A DNA stretch of 63,282 nucleotides, filler included, from Choristocarpus tenellus KU-1152 (Eukaryota; Protista; Phaeophyceae), in assembly GCA_964200185.2 (NCBI GenBank). It is 13 parts of 13 records of this genome, joined end to end, with 100 filler letters (N's around TTAATTAATTAA, not from the genome) between each part and the next. Parts side by side here need not be neighbours in the genome. Positions count along the whole stretch, not along the records: positions 13,287 to 17,592 come from CAXNAD020015191.1; positions 17,693 to 21,890 come from CAXNAD020015737.1; positions 21,991 to 25,685 come from CAXNAD020018455.1; positions 25,786 to 30,206 come from CAXNAD020014629.1; 9 more parts are not named here. The stretch is one strand, 5' to 3'. Made by a program: the position numbers and the translations under genes. Of the stretch, positions 13,187-26,006 are shown piece by piece. The notes under the pieces were generated by a model. It was not told the DNA's origin. It made no database searches and was given only the letters and a program-made list of their open reading frames with translations. Position 1 is the stretch's first letter. Every line of letters starts with the position of its first letter.

Positions 13187-14369
13187 NNNNNNNNNNNNNN
13201 NNNNNNNNNNNNNNNNNNNNNNNNNNNNNNTTAATTAATTAANNNNNNNNNNNNNNNNNNNNNNNNNNNNNNNNNNNNNNNNNNNNGTGGGGGTGGGGGG
13301 GATAAATAAAGCGATTGAATAAGTTTTGCTTTTACACATGTCACAATCAAGAACATGGTTTGCACACTGTTTTCGTGTCTTACATTCTTTTGATATGTTG
13401 TCTGATTGTATTTTCAAAACATATTTTTTGTTTTCATATTACCATATTTTTTGTCATCCTCTTGTTTGATGTGCAGCCTCCCCCCCCCTTCCCTTTTGTG
13501 CACCCATTGGATTGAGATTTTCTTCTTTTACACCCTTATTCCTCATACACTGTTGTGGAGTGTGTGGAGGTTGGGGGTGGGGTTGTGCAGGGTTCTGAAC
13601 CCTCGCAGTGCATCTCTTTTCTCATTCTAAAAGCACTACTGATTCCTCTGGTTGCTCTCCTGCTTTTGCAAGTAGAAATAGCATTATTGTAGGGAGTGAG
13701 GACACATTGCTGAAAAAAGTTTATTCACTTTGTTCTAGTGGTTCTGTTTCTGCTAGTACTCAAGTACATGAGAGGCATTTCTCCCAAGAGTACACGAAGG
13801 GTATCCTTGTTGTTGAGTAGGTGGTGCCGGCATGAAACTATCAACCATACAAACTATTGGGACTATTTTTAAGTCAACCAAGACTCAATTTGTTTCAAAG
13901 CAAATCCATTATTTGGGACACGATGTCCGCTCAAAAGGAATGGCTATGTCACAAGCTCGTATACAAGTTCGAAGAAATGCATCCCCCTAAACGGTGAAAG
14001 ACCTATAATTATTCTAAGGTTCTCTGAATTTTGTCAGAAAATAAATTCCTCACCTAGTAAATGCTACAGCACAGGAGTTGATTCGCCATATAGAAAGTAC
14101 CCAAGAAAGGGCATACTACCCAAAAGAAACAAGAAAATGGTAAAATTGATTTTAAATCTTACTGTAATCGACCACAACAAACTGGTCTTGACAAGGTGCA
14201 GATGACTTTTAACCGTGGCAGGAGTGTTGCACTTTCATGTTTTCAAAGGAAAATTTTAAACATGTAAATGCCAGTAATGTTGGAACAGGGGTATTCTTGA
14301 CCAAAAAAATGAAGACAGGATTTTTGATATAATTGTGTACCATAGTGCCTTACTTTCCCCTTCCAGGGA

Positions 14370-14610
14370 AATATTATACCAAACAAAAGGGTGCCTTGCA
14401 GTTATTCTGGTAATTCGGCACTGGAGACCATATATATGGGGTAAACATTTCACTGTTATTAGTAACGATTCAGCCTTACGGTAACTGCATACTTTGCAAG
14501 AAACGTCCAATCTCTTAGCTCGATACTGTCTAGCTCAGCAAAGTTCTGATTTTACGATCCTGCGTAAGCCGGGCAGATTACACTATATCCCAGATACGCT
14601 GCCACGTCCT
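14370..14610 (+). mobile_element. Ty3/gypsy RNase H remnant
   Basis: CLAVILVIRHWRPYIWGKHFTVISNDSALR*L...LARYCL...DFTILRKPGRLHYIPDTLPR. Confidence 0.8.
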
Positions 14611-15076
14611 CAACTAGAAGAGTTCTGTAAACATTAATCTGAACCAGCACTCCTACCCTTATATGTCGAAACATTGGAGAATAAACCGCAAATGCAACTT
14701 CTCAAAACCAAGTATAGTATACCTTGCCTATGAATCTTCTGTGGATTGACCAGATGAAATCACTAGGGTAGAAAATGTCTCTTATCTCTTTGGTAGCTCC
14801 ATCAATGTATTTCTGGTAGTGGATACAGAAGTTCTAGTCAAGTATAATTTAACGAAATTGACACTACCCACTAAGGAAACTGTCTAGACAATGTAATATT
14901 CTCAAAAGAGAGAGAGAGAGGGTAAACTTTTCCTATACCGATCTTATTAGCCCAATTATCTCCAGAAGAATGGAGAATTTCGCGATCAATTAGTAGCCCG
15001 AACTGGAGTCCAGGATTTAATTGTACCCATGACAGTGGATAATCTTCCTGCTGTAGGTGTCAAGAAACTCTGGCAA

Positions 15077-15139
15077 GGTATACGCCCTCACGTGTTTGGT
15101 ATACGCCCTCACGTGTTTGGTATACGCCCTCACGTGTTT
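15077..15139. repeat. Perfect 21-bp tandem repeat x3 (GGTATACGCCCTCACGTGTTT)
   Basis: Direct read; each unit contains CACGTG. Confidence 0.95.
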
Positions 15140-15473
15140 GAGCTGTTTGTCAACACCTTCTTGAAAGCGGTGCTTTGGGGGACTGTTTTAGGCCCTTTTG
15201 AACTATCCATTTTGCAACCGAAACTTACCATCACACTTTTCCTGAACATGTCTGAGGAATGGGAAATAGATACGAAATTGTTAGAAGGCGTCCATGCTTG
15301 ACCGTTTTTGTTTATTACCTATATACATTCATTATATATACTATCGATTCAAGTACATACTGTATATGTTGTTTCCTGTTTTCTTCTGACTCGACAGATC
15401 AAATCAGTATTTGATCCAAGCACCTCCAGTTGAGGAGAAGTATTGATACAAAGTTAAGTTCACCTCTCCTCGA

Positions 15474-17537
15474 ATGCGGTGCCTCATGGCGAAGTGGTTG
15501 GCCTTGGCCTTTTGCATCCAACGACAGACGGCTGCATTTCTAGAACCCTTGACATTACAAGCACACACATCTATTACACGTAGGGTGTTGAGAATGTCAG
15601 TTGTTGAGCCTTTAGACGAGGTGGTGGAGGCGACTGTGGGAGATGTGAGGACTGTCAAGGCCAAAGTTCTCCGGTTAGCAGCCTTGACCGAGAGAGGCAC
15701 TCTGGCAAATCCTGGTGAGACATTTGATCAGATATTGTGAACCATATCATAATCAAGGAGGTTGAGTAACAATATCACAGTTTCTTGTATTAGAGATACT
15801 GATCATTCGAATGAACTTGTTGAAAGAACCTTAGTCGTTTTTTTGTTGAGCTCCTTACTTTTTCTTTCTGTCGCGACTGGATTTCAGGTCGAAGTACGTT
15901 CTGGTCTCTTCTGTCGATGTGACACTATTCGTAACCTCTGATAAATGTTGAGAAAGTTTCAAGATCGTTGAGAAAAAGTGTATCATTTGCTAATAGTACC
16001 CTCTGGCGGGTCTCCCCACAGGCATTTCGGATGCATATATGTCAACAAAAGGAAACATGCGATGCCTCGTCGACCAGTTAGTAGGATTGAGCCCTTTGGA
16101 TCAACAGGAACTACCATCCAGATTGAATGGTCAATGGGAACTGGTCTACTCGACCGTGGAACTCTTCCGCTCCTCTCCATTCTTCCAGATGGTGCGGACA
16201 CATTACGCCCGGCTCCCCTTGCGCGCTCCTCATTTTATTACCTCAATGACATGATACCTCATTAAGGACCATGATCTTTACAGGTGGTTGTGGTGGTTTA
16301 CCTCTCACAGGCCTTGTGCCCTTCACCTTTGATGCCGAGATAATGTGAGGAAGCACCAAAGTTCATTTTAGGAAAGTTGGTACAAGTTGAAAAGGAGTAA
16401 ATGGTGAATAATGTCTTAACTCATGGAACATCGTCGAACCACCTCCCTCAATTGCAGGTCGAAGAGGGCTATGGGAACAAGGAAAAATCTGACCTCTTCT
16501 TCAAGCTACACCAGTTGCAGACAGGATCCTGGGGGGCAAGCACCATCGGTCGCATCACTCAGGTCATGCTAAACGAAATCAATTGCTTTGTGGATCACCT
16601 GAGGAAAACTCCTTACCGACATGCTATGTATTTTTTCGTTGCTATTGATAGTTTCCTTCACAGTAATACAGTTGTGGCACTGGCACATTAAAGCTTTTCT
16701 GTCGGAGAACTCATGATAGGTCAAACACCAAGGCACATCCTGTAGGGATGGTTGAACACAGTGGTGATGCATTGTACACTCCTCACATGGGACAAATCGG
16801 TGTGAAGTTCCTGAGGTCAATGCTCCCTCCAAAGAGGCTGAAAATCTAACTGAAAGAATGCACAATGGATATGCTTGTTTTTGGCCCAAGCCTTATCTTG
16901 ATTGCAGTAAAAGAACCCGCTGTCCCACCCCTAACCACGTTCTGGTTGTTTAGTTAAAATTCTTTCTTCTGCCTGCATTCGTCACTACTATTTTTTACAG
17001 ATTTTCTTTTTCTTTTCTATTTTATCATCATACCGTATTTTCTTGGGATAAAACCCCAAACACCCCATTCAAAGGCGCATGCCAGATATATGACAACAAG
17101 CAGATTCTGCCTCCAGGTAAGTTCTCCACCACCCTCTCCACTACCTAAAAGCCTAGATGCTCTCATCTTTCTTAACTTGAACAGATGCTACATACAAAAA
17201 GAATGCACGGCAACCCTGTTCTTTTCGTCCTGACTGTAGAACTGGAAGAAGGTGACATTGGTGACTGGCGAGTCAGTGTACACGAGGCGAAGGATATTTT
17301 TAGTAATCGTGTCAACACGCTCGTATGCATGTAGTAGGTTCACCAAACGCAAACAAGTTTCCTTCTCTTCCTCAGATGATAGACCTCATGGGCATGGATG
17401 AGAAGGAGATCTCTGAACAGGCAGTGGAGGAACCAACGGAAGAAGCACCACTATCCTCTGAAGGAGATAGCATACCTAGGGGAGAAGAGAGTGAAATTGT
17501 TTCAGAGACACCAGTAACAGGGTCTTTAGAATCTGAG
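15474..17537 (+). CDS. Plastid lipid-associated protein / fibrillin (PAP_fibrillin), 3' end cut by contig edge
   Basis: Exons 15474-15714, 16022-16191, 16458-16562 and 17376-17537 (GT-AG, in phase). Signal peptide + TAA-F motif; KAKVLRLAALTERG, LNGQWELVYST, FRSSPFF, IGRITQ/MID are typical of fibrillins. Confidence 0.85.
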
Positions 17538-17714
17538 GTACTTAATCCGACAAACCCCGCGCGCAGCCTACACCCCCCCCCGCCCGACTCACNNNNNNNN
17601 NNNNNNNNNNNNNNNNNNNNNNNNNNNNNNNNNNNNTTAATTAATTAANNNNNNNNNNNNNNNNNNNNNNNNNNNNNNNNNNNNNNNNNNNNATCTCCCA
17701 AGATACTTTGACCC

Positions 17715-18560
17715 AAAACTCGGATGAAACCCTTGAAGCATATGCCCTATGTTTTCGACACCTTCTTGGTAGATATACTACAGGTGTTGACCGTTCATGT
17801 ACGGATTCTAGCGACCACAAATATATAGATCAAATTGCTATTGCCCTCTTTCAAGGTGGACTACAACCCCAACCTTCAGGAAAAACAGTATAGTGAAGAT
17901 TTTGCTTATACATTATCTGAAGCTATCAATCGTGCTAAACAATCTAGCCGCAAAAAGGCATGCCCAAGCACTTGCCCCTGTCCCTTCGATTCCGTCGATT
18001 GTTCCGACTGCTCTATATGCAATTTCCACCCATCACTCTGTACAACCTGCGTTTCCCTCAGCAAAGACTGCTTCTCTTCAACCTACAAATATTCGTGTTG
18101 AAGGAAAAATGAATTCTGGACCAGACACACTAACTTTGGACACTGCAAGTGATATACCAGGTATTTCTCACAATTTTTTACGTACCCACTCTACTCTCCA
18201 GCATTATCATATTGAGCCGATTCCACCAGTTGCAACCAACCTTTGTCCTGCAAATGGCAGTGCTCTTACCATCATGGGATCTATCAGATTTTCTCTCCAA
18301 TTTGGTGATATCACTATCTCAGTTGAAGCTTTAGTGTTGCCCAACTTAGGACCGGATGATGTTCTTCTTGGTAATAGTGTCCTTGATGCTTTTGCAGCGA
18401 CATATGACTGGTAGACTCAAACGTTATCGTTTAATAATAAACAAATTATCACTGTTACACCTGCCATACATCGTCCTACCCTTTCTTCTAATAGTTCGTT
18501 TCCTTTTCAAGTAGCAGCAGCTATACAAGCCAAAGTTCCATCTGCCCTGAAGTTTCCACC
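17715..18560 (+). mobile_element. Ty3/gypsy gag-protease remnant
   Basis: Gag-like QNSDETLEAYALCFRHLL...FQGGL; aspartic protease LDTASDI...DVLLGNSVL; frameshifted; a MITE end abuts at 17693-17714. Confidence 0.75.
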
Positions 18561-20853
18561 TTGATCTTGGTCTGGTGTTTTGTATGACCACAAAGAAGAC
18601 AAAACTGCGTACAATCCGTTGAGCTGGCCACGTGGAATGGCTTATCCGAAATCAGATTTCAGGGAAAATAATTCTCATGTTGAAGGGATTTGAACTCGCT
18701 AAATTTATGCGTTTCGACGTCGCCTTGACAATTGATTTACAAGGACACTGATCTTAGGGAAGGATAGATGCAGGAGGCGAGAGACGGAATGTGTGATTAT
18801 TATGTTTCATTCCAAACATTTGTGGGTATATCATTTGTTGATATATATGAGGATGATGATGCCTTATGTGATGTATCTCTGGGGCCATCGCATCACGAAC
18901 TTTACCCTCGCCTTTTACTAGGATAAACCGTGGGTTGGCCCCTGAAGGAGTTTCAACTGATTTTTGACCCCACTTGTGGGGTAAGTATACAACATAGAAC
19001 ATAAGAGGACGTAACACGTAACACGTAACATACAATACGAAACAGCAGCAACCCCAACAGAAATATGTGCAAAATTTTATCACCACCACTACTATCGCCG
19101 CAAGAAGTGATCTAGCTACCTACCCAAGAAGTCACACGGCATACTCCCTTCTTTCTTTCGTGTATGCCATTGGTTTCGGGGTACGAGTTGAACTCTCCAT
19201 ACTTACATCTATTTAAAGCGATACCAGTAGCTTCGCCCTCTGCGGCAATGTTGCTTTTTTTCATCGTATCGCCATAAGATTTATACAATAATATATATCA
19301 AATGAAAACATATTGGAAGACCCTTTCTTTGGAGGTTTGTATTTGTGTATGTGTCTAACTTCGGCTCTATCCCCACCAAATAATGGTAAGAACGCGAGGG
19401 AAAATCTCCAGCGCAATTTTGAAGGTGAAGACTTCAAAACGGACAAAAATGAAGTGGTTATCTAACTCCCCGAAAAAACCTGATGCGTAGTGAGTCGGTG
19501 TTCAAGTTCAACGCGTGTGGCGATATCGAAAACAAAGCAAGATTTGCGGACATCTCATTAGACCCATTTGCAGACTTTCAAGTCCATTACTAGGTGGTAC
19601 AGTGACGAATTCTGTGGGGGAGTCTGGTCACGGCGGGCGAAGGGAGAACCAGAGTGGCCGATCGAACGAAAGGTTGGGGAAGAGAGTAGTGCAACTGCGT
19701 ACCATTACGCTCAGGAAACACCTAAGCGAAATCCCGGGTGTAGAATATCTTAGTAGTCGACAGTTACAGCAGGCCCTGGCTGTTCGGAAGCTATGCGGGC
19801 GGAGTGGCTTAAGGAAACGAGAAATAAAGTGCGAGGGTTGGGCTACAAGGGCTCTGAAGACTGAAAGAAGGTGTAAAGGGCTCTTTAGATGTCGCGAAGC
19901 AGGTGGAGGTAGCCATCAACGTGGAGGCCAGAGAAGAAGAGGAGGTGAGATTGAGACTATTTGCACACCGATGGTTTGGTGTCTCCCACTCCTTGCAAGA
20001 TGCCGTACCTTCACTTTTGTTCGTGGACTTAGGGTTGGACGTATAAAGTTGATGAAGCCTTCCTCCCCAACTACATTCATTCGAGAAATTAACACAATCT
20101 TCGATCAACTCAAGCCTGTCCTCCCTCGCCCTTGCACCTTGACGATACAATATCACCCGCCCAGGAAACACTGACGACGCCCATTTCCGACGCTCAACGA
20201 GGAAATGCGATAGTAAAGGCTCTAACACTGTGAATCCTGTACCTGTGTATGAACGACGGGAAAACCCATACTCTGGAGGGTATTGTGACGGGCATCACGA
20301 ATATGCCTTTATTTTAAAACCCCATTTGTACATCAAAAGTTATGACGAGACAACCCCAGAGGGCGAAGCTAATGGTACCACTATATTAATTGTAGAAATT
20401 TGCAAGTAATACTCGATTATATTGCTGAAAGTATTAGGTACGCCACTTCAAAGAATTGATATATATATATTTATATATTGTGAGAGCTATCTTCCAAAGA
20501 ATGTATACCTTGAAGGTAACCTATCTTGAAGAATCTGATATTCATATGACATTTGTTTTTGCATGTTAGAGGTAACATCTGCTTGAAGTAAATAGCAGGT
20601 GGTTCGAGGGTACCTTGCAAACTCCCCTCATTCACTTTCCACTTGTTCACTATTCCTGAGTGATCTTCTGAGGAACTGCTCTCCCTCTTTTCTTGTCTCT
20701 CTTCATTTTCTTGCCTCCTGTGTGTCTTCCCACTCCCGTTCAGTCTGAAGAACCTGTCAGTTTGTTTCCATCTGTTTCACAGTGGCGTCGATGGCAGGAA
20801 CATTCTGAAGTGGGAGAGTACTCTAGCGGTACTTTGGGGGAAGTCTTAGTACG

Positions 20854-21846
20854 TTGCCTATAGAACATAACGTATCCTATATACGTATGCCACATCAGTC
20901 TAACTGGCATATAGTTCGATCAAGGAGACGACAGAATACGTTTTACACAACCGAGAATCGTTTTCAGAGCCTCATGACGGAGGAAGACAAAGAGAATGAA
21001 CCAGATGAACATTTACTACCACCTTTCCACGACCAAGATCCTTTAGCTTTCGATGAGGTTATTTTAGAGGATGGAAGGAAACATCTTGTTCAAGAATCTT
21101 CTGGAATCTTTGTGGACACAGACTTCCGGGTGTTGACCAATGTGTGGTTCAAAAACTGATGTCGGCGGATAATCACCCACTCAGTGGACAACCTTTGCCA
21201 TTAACACCCGCTGTTACCTAGACTGTACATGTACCGTCCACATCTGTACAAATGCCGTTATCAACACCACCTGTATCGTCGTCAACCACGTCAGCGGGAG
21301 ACATCTGCATCAACCTCATCAACTCCGAACGGAAGGCAGCCGCCGAAGAAGAACGTTCTCCAAACATGGACCTTATTCGGAACTTGACAGAAACGAAGGA
21401 CATTTCGAATGTAAGACAATCCACACCTATTGCCCCCACTACTGCATTGCCGAAAATGTCGTTAGCAAACTTCCCTAAAGATACGCGTCTTCCCTCTACT
21501 ACAACTGATGTACCAGCTCTTCTGACAAGTTTCCGTATGCACGTCACACTTCAACTTCACGATTTACAACGTCATCCATCGACCATTTATAGGGCTTGTA
21601 TGGCCTTATTACCTCTGATTTTGGATTCAATTGTCATTATGCTATATTTTCAGAGTATGGAAGGCAAAGTTGAATGGCGTTCCCCTGCTCAATTGTGTAC
21701 TATTCAAATGCAGAATAATTCCACCGATCCTATTCCCATTTTTGGTCCTAAACATTTGTATCATTATGTACAGTTTTTATCAACACATTTAGTCGTGCAA
21801 ACGCGATGGGAGAATGGGGCAGACAGTGGGCTAATATTTCCCAAAA
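20854..21846 (+). mobile_element. Possible decayed retrotransposon gag N-terminus
   Basis: Intron-less broken ORFs (20854-21159, 21252-21846) ending at a MITE; no diagnostic motif. Confidence 0.3.
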
Positions 21847-21890
21847 GGGTCAAAGTATCTTGGGGGGGGGTGTCGGCGTCCGTTTTTCAC
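21847..21890 (+). mobile_element. MITE family C left end at contig break
   Basis: GGGTCAAAGTATCTTGGGGGGGGGTGTCGGCGTCCGTTTTTCAC. Confidence 0.8.
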
Positions 21891-22358
21891 NNNNNNNNNN
21901 NNNNNNNNNNNNNNNNNNNNNNNNNNNNNNNNNNTTAATTAATTAANNNNNNNNNNNNNNNNNNNNNNNNNNNNNNNNNNNNNNNNNNNNGTGATGTACA
22001 TGCATTAACACACAATCGGACAGTGGCAAATAAAGAGACGTGGGGGTAGCGACCGCAGCGCCGCACATAGAGGGACCCCACAACATACCATGGATTCAAT
22101 GGCGTGCGCCACTGAAAAGATACAATGTATCTATCCGTTCGGGGGATTGGATGGAAACCAATCTTACGCTAATTACACTCCGCCCTACACGTGCACCATT
22201 TCAACTACATTACTCACTGAGACGTAGGTGGAGGATGGCATTCAATACAGCAAACGCCCGCGTTCCACCTTCCATGGACGTTTTGTTCTTCTTCCGCACC
22301 AGGAACACTGCCGACAGAGCCCCCTTTGCCTGTATCCTCCCTGTCTGGCAGTCCGTTC

Positions 22359-22445
22359 CCTCCCTCGTCTTCGTCCCCTCCTTTGTGTTCGTCCCCTCCC
22401 TCGTCTCTATCCCCTCCTTGGTGTTCGTCCCCTCCCTCGTCTTCT
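22359..22445. repeat. 18-bp coding minisatellite (~5 units)
   Basis: Units like CCTCCCTCGTCTTCGTCC; minus-strand frame reads EDEGGDEHQGGDRDEGGDEHKGGDEDEGG. Confidence 0.85.
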
Positions 22446-22850
22446 TTCTCACGGTCATCTGATGCCGATCCGTTCTTGCTCTCAACTTCTGCGCTGCCAC
22501 CATCACAGCCCCGCCCACTGTGAACCTGGCGGAGGTTGACCTGGTTGAGTAAATCCTGGTATTTACCATCCCAGGTGGTGAGTTAAGTGCATACAGCCGA
22601 GTCCTTCTCAATAATCTAGTAGTGGAGACGGCGGAGGACGTCGTTGAGGAGAGGGGGGGACGATGGTGACATCAAAAATGGGAGAGTATAATGGAAGTAC
22701 GATAGCATGTCAATCGGGCAGAGCAAACGAAATGGTTCACGTGGTGAACATGTTTAATGGAGGCGGCTTGCGGGGCGAAATAGTTTGAAATAAGTCCATG
22801 TCGAGGATGCCAATCAATATGTAGTTTTTTTCAGTGACGTGGAGGCAGCA

Positions 22851-23110
22851 GAACCAAAGTATCTTAGTGGGTAGAGCCTCGTCCAATTGGGGGTCAAAAT
22901 AAAATGTTGTGATTTTAATGTAATTTTGGCTATCGTGTTTGTTAGGAAGTGTCATTATCTATGCTTCGGACACACCTTTCATAACGTACACATTTCACCT
23001 ACTCCGAAACATTTTGGAGTCGGAAAATGTCAGAAGATTAGCAATCAGAAGCCAAGCCCCACAAATGGACAAACAGCGAAACTTTCGTACCCTCTAAGAT
23101 AGTTTCACTC
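22851..23110 (+). mobile_element. MITE family A, intronic in the ParB-like gene
   Basis: Both TIRs present; flanks AGCA/AGAA (4-bp TSD, one mismatch). Confidence 0.85.
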
Positions 23111-25815
23111 AGAAACGAGGTGAAGATTGACCAAGATCGTTGTCTACAGTTGAAGGAAACGATTTGCTATTCCCGCTATTAGCAACGAAAGACTAGAACT
23201 GGAAGAACAGCAAAGTTTGTAGTGTGGAAGGCAACTCTGTCTCCAATGATGACGAAGAAGACCCACAACCAATCCTACCAAGCATCAACTATTTTTTTCG
23301 GTACAAGTCATTTCAGCTGTAATTACGAACACAGGAGGCACACTCACGGCTCTGATCCGTTGCAGAGGTTTCATTTCGACTATCGTGGAGATGTTTGCCC
23401 TCACTTGACGGACGGGCCCCGCCTGTTGGTCGCCAGATGAATCCTTCAGCAGAAGTTGGGCCACCTCACTCTTCCTCTCCTCGTAGTGGCGCTTGACCCA
23501 GAGCTCGTGCATACCGCACTTTTCGTATGTGAGCCTGTCCATTTCCCTGGTAGCCCGTACATCATTCACGTAACGTGCGGAATTCAGGGCGGTTTTGCAA
23601 TAATCAATAAGTGTGGTGCAGAAAAAGACGCTGACGGTGTATTTTACAATGCAGGGGCGCATGGTGACGTATGGGTGCGTAGGAGATACGAAAAAGGGAA
23701 AAAAAGATAACCGCTGCAACTGCACTATTTACCAACCTTTGGAGCTCTGGAGTCCACTTCTCATTGGGCACAATCTGCCTGGTGCGCGAGATAAGCATCT
23801 CAGACATGTGCGCGTCCGATTCGATCTCCTTGTGGTCCCTCGCCGTAGGAGGCTTCCCGTAGAACAACTTGTATCTGCTAAAATAGAATTGCCATGAAGG
23901 ACGTCAAGGAGAATGATGCGCAGGTTATGAAGAGGAAAGGGTCGCCACTGCAGCAAATATTCATCACTCGATTGTGGTACTTCCTAAAAGACAAGAGCGC
24001 ACATACACAGGCAACACACACTGTAGAATTACCAGAATACTACGAAGGGATTTTCGTTCGACACAACAATGGCTGACTACATTCTTCATCGTAGGAGACA
24101 CTTATTTCACGTTCCTGTGCAATGTGCTGCGACCTGCATAAACTGTGCTTACTGCTGTCTACATGATAAAACACGGTGGCATTTTGACTTGCCTAGCAAG
24201 CAGTTGGATGCATAGCCCCTGCTTGAGAGAAGTGAAGCCGGCAAACTCCTCGGTCGTCAGATAGTTTAGTGACATTGCGTTGCGGTCAATCTGTGGTGAC
24301 GAGGTCTCACACACTTCCTTCAGTACCTGGAAGGACTCTGGTTGAAGGGAGTTTACACCTTGCTGCCAGTTTTGTAGAGTCGATTTCGACAGGGTAGTAA
24401 CGCCCACCTTTGCGATGGGCAGAAAACGGAAAACATTATGCACCCAGCCAGCGAGGATGAGGCATCGTTATTACCACGCCAACGCGGTATATATGTGTGT
24501 GTGGGTGGGGGGGGGGTTTCAGGCAACACCGTCGATAAAACAATCAAGGACGCTTTTTATTGCACGACTGTGTGGTTAACCACACATACATACTACATGG
24601 TCACCCAAAGATCAATAAGTTGGTTGACAGGGTATCTAAACGCGGGATAACTATCTCAACTTAGGTTGAATAGTTCGACACAGGGATATCTTGCAACAGC
24701 TGTAACCCAACTAGAGGAGGAGTAGAGCACGACCATCCCACCAATGTCGACAACTCTCTCACCTTTTGGTACATTCTCCGGATCTCTGCTAGTGACACTT
24801 CTTTCTTCTTCGTCTGTCGCTTGATATCTTCTTGGAGCTCGTGTTGAAAATATATCTTATCGTATAACGTGCGCTCAACCACACTCTCGGTCGCGTCGTT
24901 GATTGCTATAAGCATGGCGGTGCAGTGGGCGAACGGGACAAGGGTTAGATGGGGAGTGATCGCGGGACACACGCGGCTTGCGGCACCAAGAAACATGTTG
25001 CTGTGAACAGGAATATCACGAGGGATAAAAAAGATGAGCAACGAAAAGATCCACAATGGGCTGACTGACAATGAACATAGCAAGGGAAACTCGACAACAA
25101 CTTCGTATATCAGAACAGTCATCAGGCGATTATGGAACAACGAAAACACTCCATCACCCACCGTTGGCAATTAGCCTCTCTTTTGCTTGGTTGAACTCCA
25201 TGTAGATCCGCATGGTGAAAGCGTGCTCGGGATCAAACACTCTCTTCAGCACAGTTACTCTATGGTTTCCGTCCAATACACGCCCTTCAATGGCAAGCGC
25301 AGTTTCGGCGTTTAGCTGATCCATATTACCTAAACTTTCTCGCTGGATGACAACACTTGGAGCAAACTGATCCCAGCCAGCCTTTCTCCTTTATAGACTT
25401 CTGAACGCGTGCAAGGCCATGCTTGCTTAAAGGACGCACCATATCTGTGCATGTGACGTGATTGAGTTTCATCTTGTACGAGCCAAGATAGTGTTGGTCT
25501 AATAGCTGGGACATGCCCTTCGGGGGTAGGTCCCGCGTTCTGGATTCCAAACCTTTCCCATCGGCGGGCGGGTGGGTTGTTGTTCTTGGAATATTGGACA
25601 TGGCAAAGATTGGGAGGGTGTGATGGGGATGGATAAGTAAGAGGTCTGCGTGGTATCTACGGAAGGGAATGAATTGAAATGAGGANNNNNNNNNNNNNNN
25701 NNNNNNNNNNNNNNNNNNNNNNNNNNNNNTTAATTAATTAANNNNNNNNNNNNNNNNNNNNNNNNNNNNNNNNNNNNNNNNNNNNCACTGTACGTACCTA
25801 AGTAAACACTTCTCA

Positions 25816-26006
25816 GACCCAAAGTATCTGGGGGGGGTGGGGGGTGGGGGGGACATCTATACCAGGGTGTCCATTTGGACCTTAACCAGGAAAAGTGCAC
25901 TTACATTATCCATCCGACCTATGCAACCAAATCACCCAAAAATCGCGACATGACAAAATTGACCCCGAATGGACAGCAGCCACCCCCCACCCAGATACTT
26001 TGATTC
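25816..26006 (+). mobile_element. MITE family D (~190 bp), TSD TCA
   Basis: TIR GACCCAAAGTATCTGGGG / CCCAGATACTTTGATTC; related pieces at 34588-34653, 54085-54255 and 56823-56922. Confidence 0.8.

Larger units (their letters stand above)
22300..25601 (-). pseudogene. Spliced ParB/Srx-domain + HTH gene, probably disabled; C-terminus may run off the contig
   Basis: Exon 25601-25162 (+1 shift at the G run ~25372-25374) gives VRPLSKHGLARVQKSIKEKGWL/DQFAPSVVI...RVLDGNHRVTVLK. Exon 24905-24763 gives AINDATESVVERTLYDK...SLAEIRRMYQK. Exon 24407-24193 gives VGVTTLSKSTLQNWQQ. Further exons lie near 24133, 23880-23735, 23600-23405 and 22615-22300 (one in-frame TAA). Confidence 0.7.
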
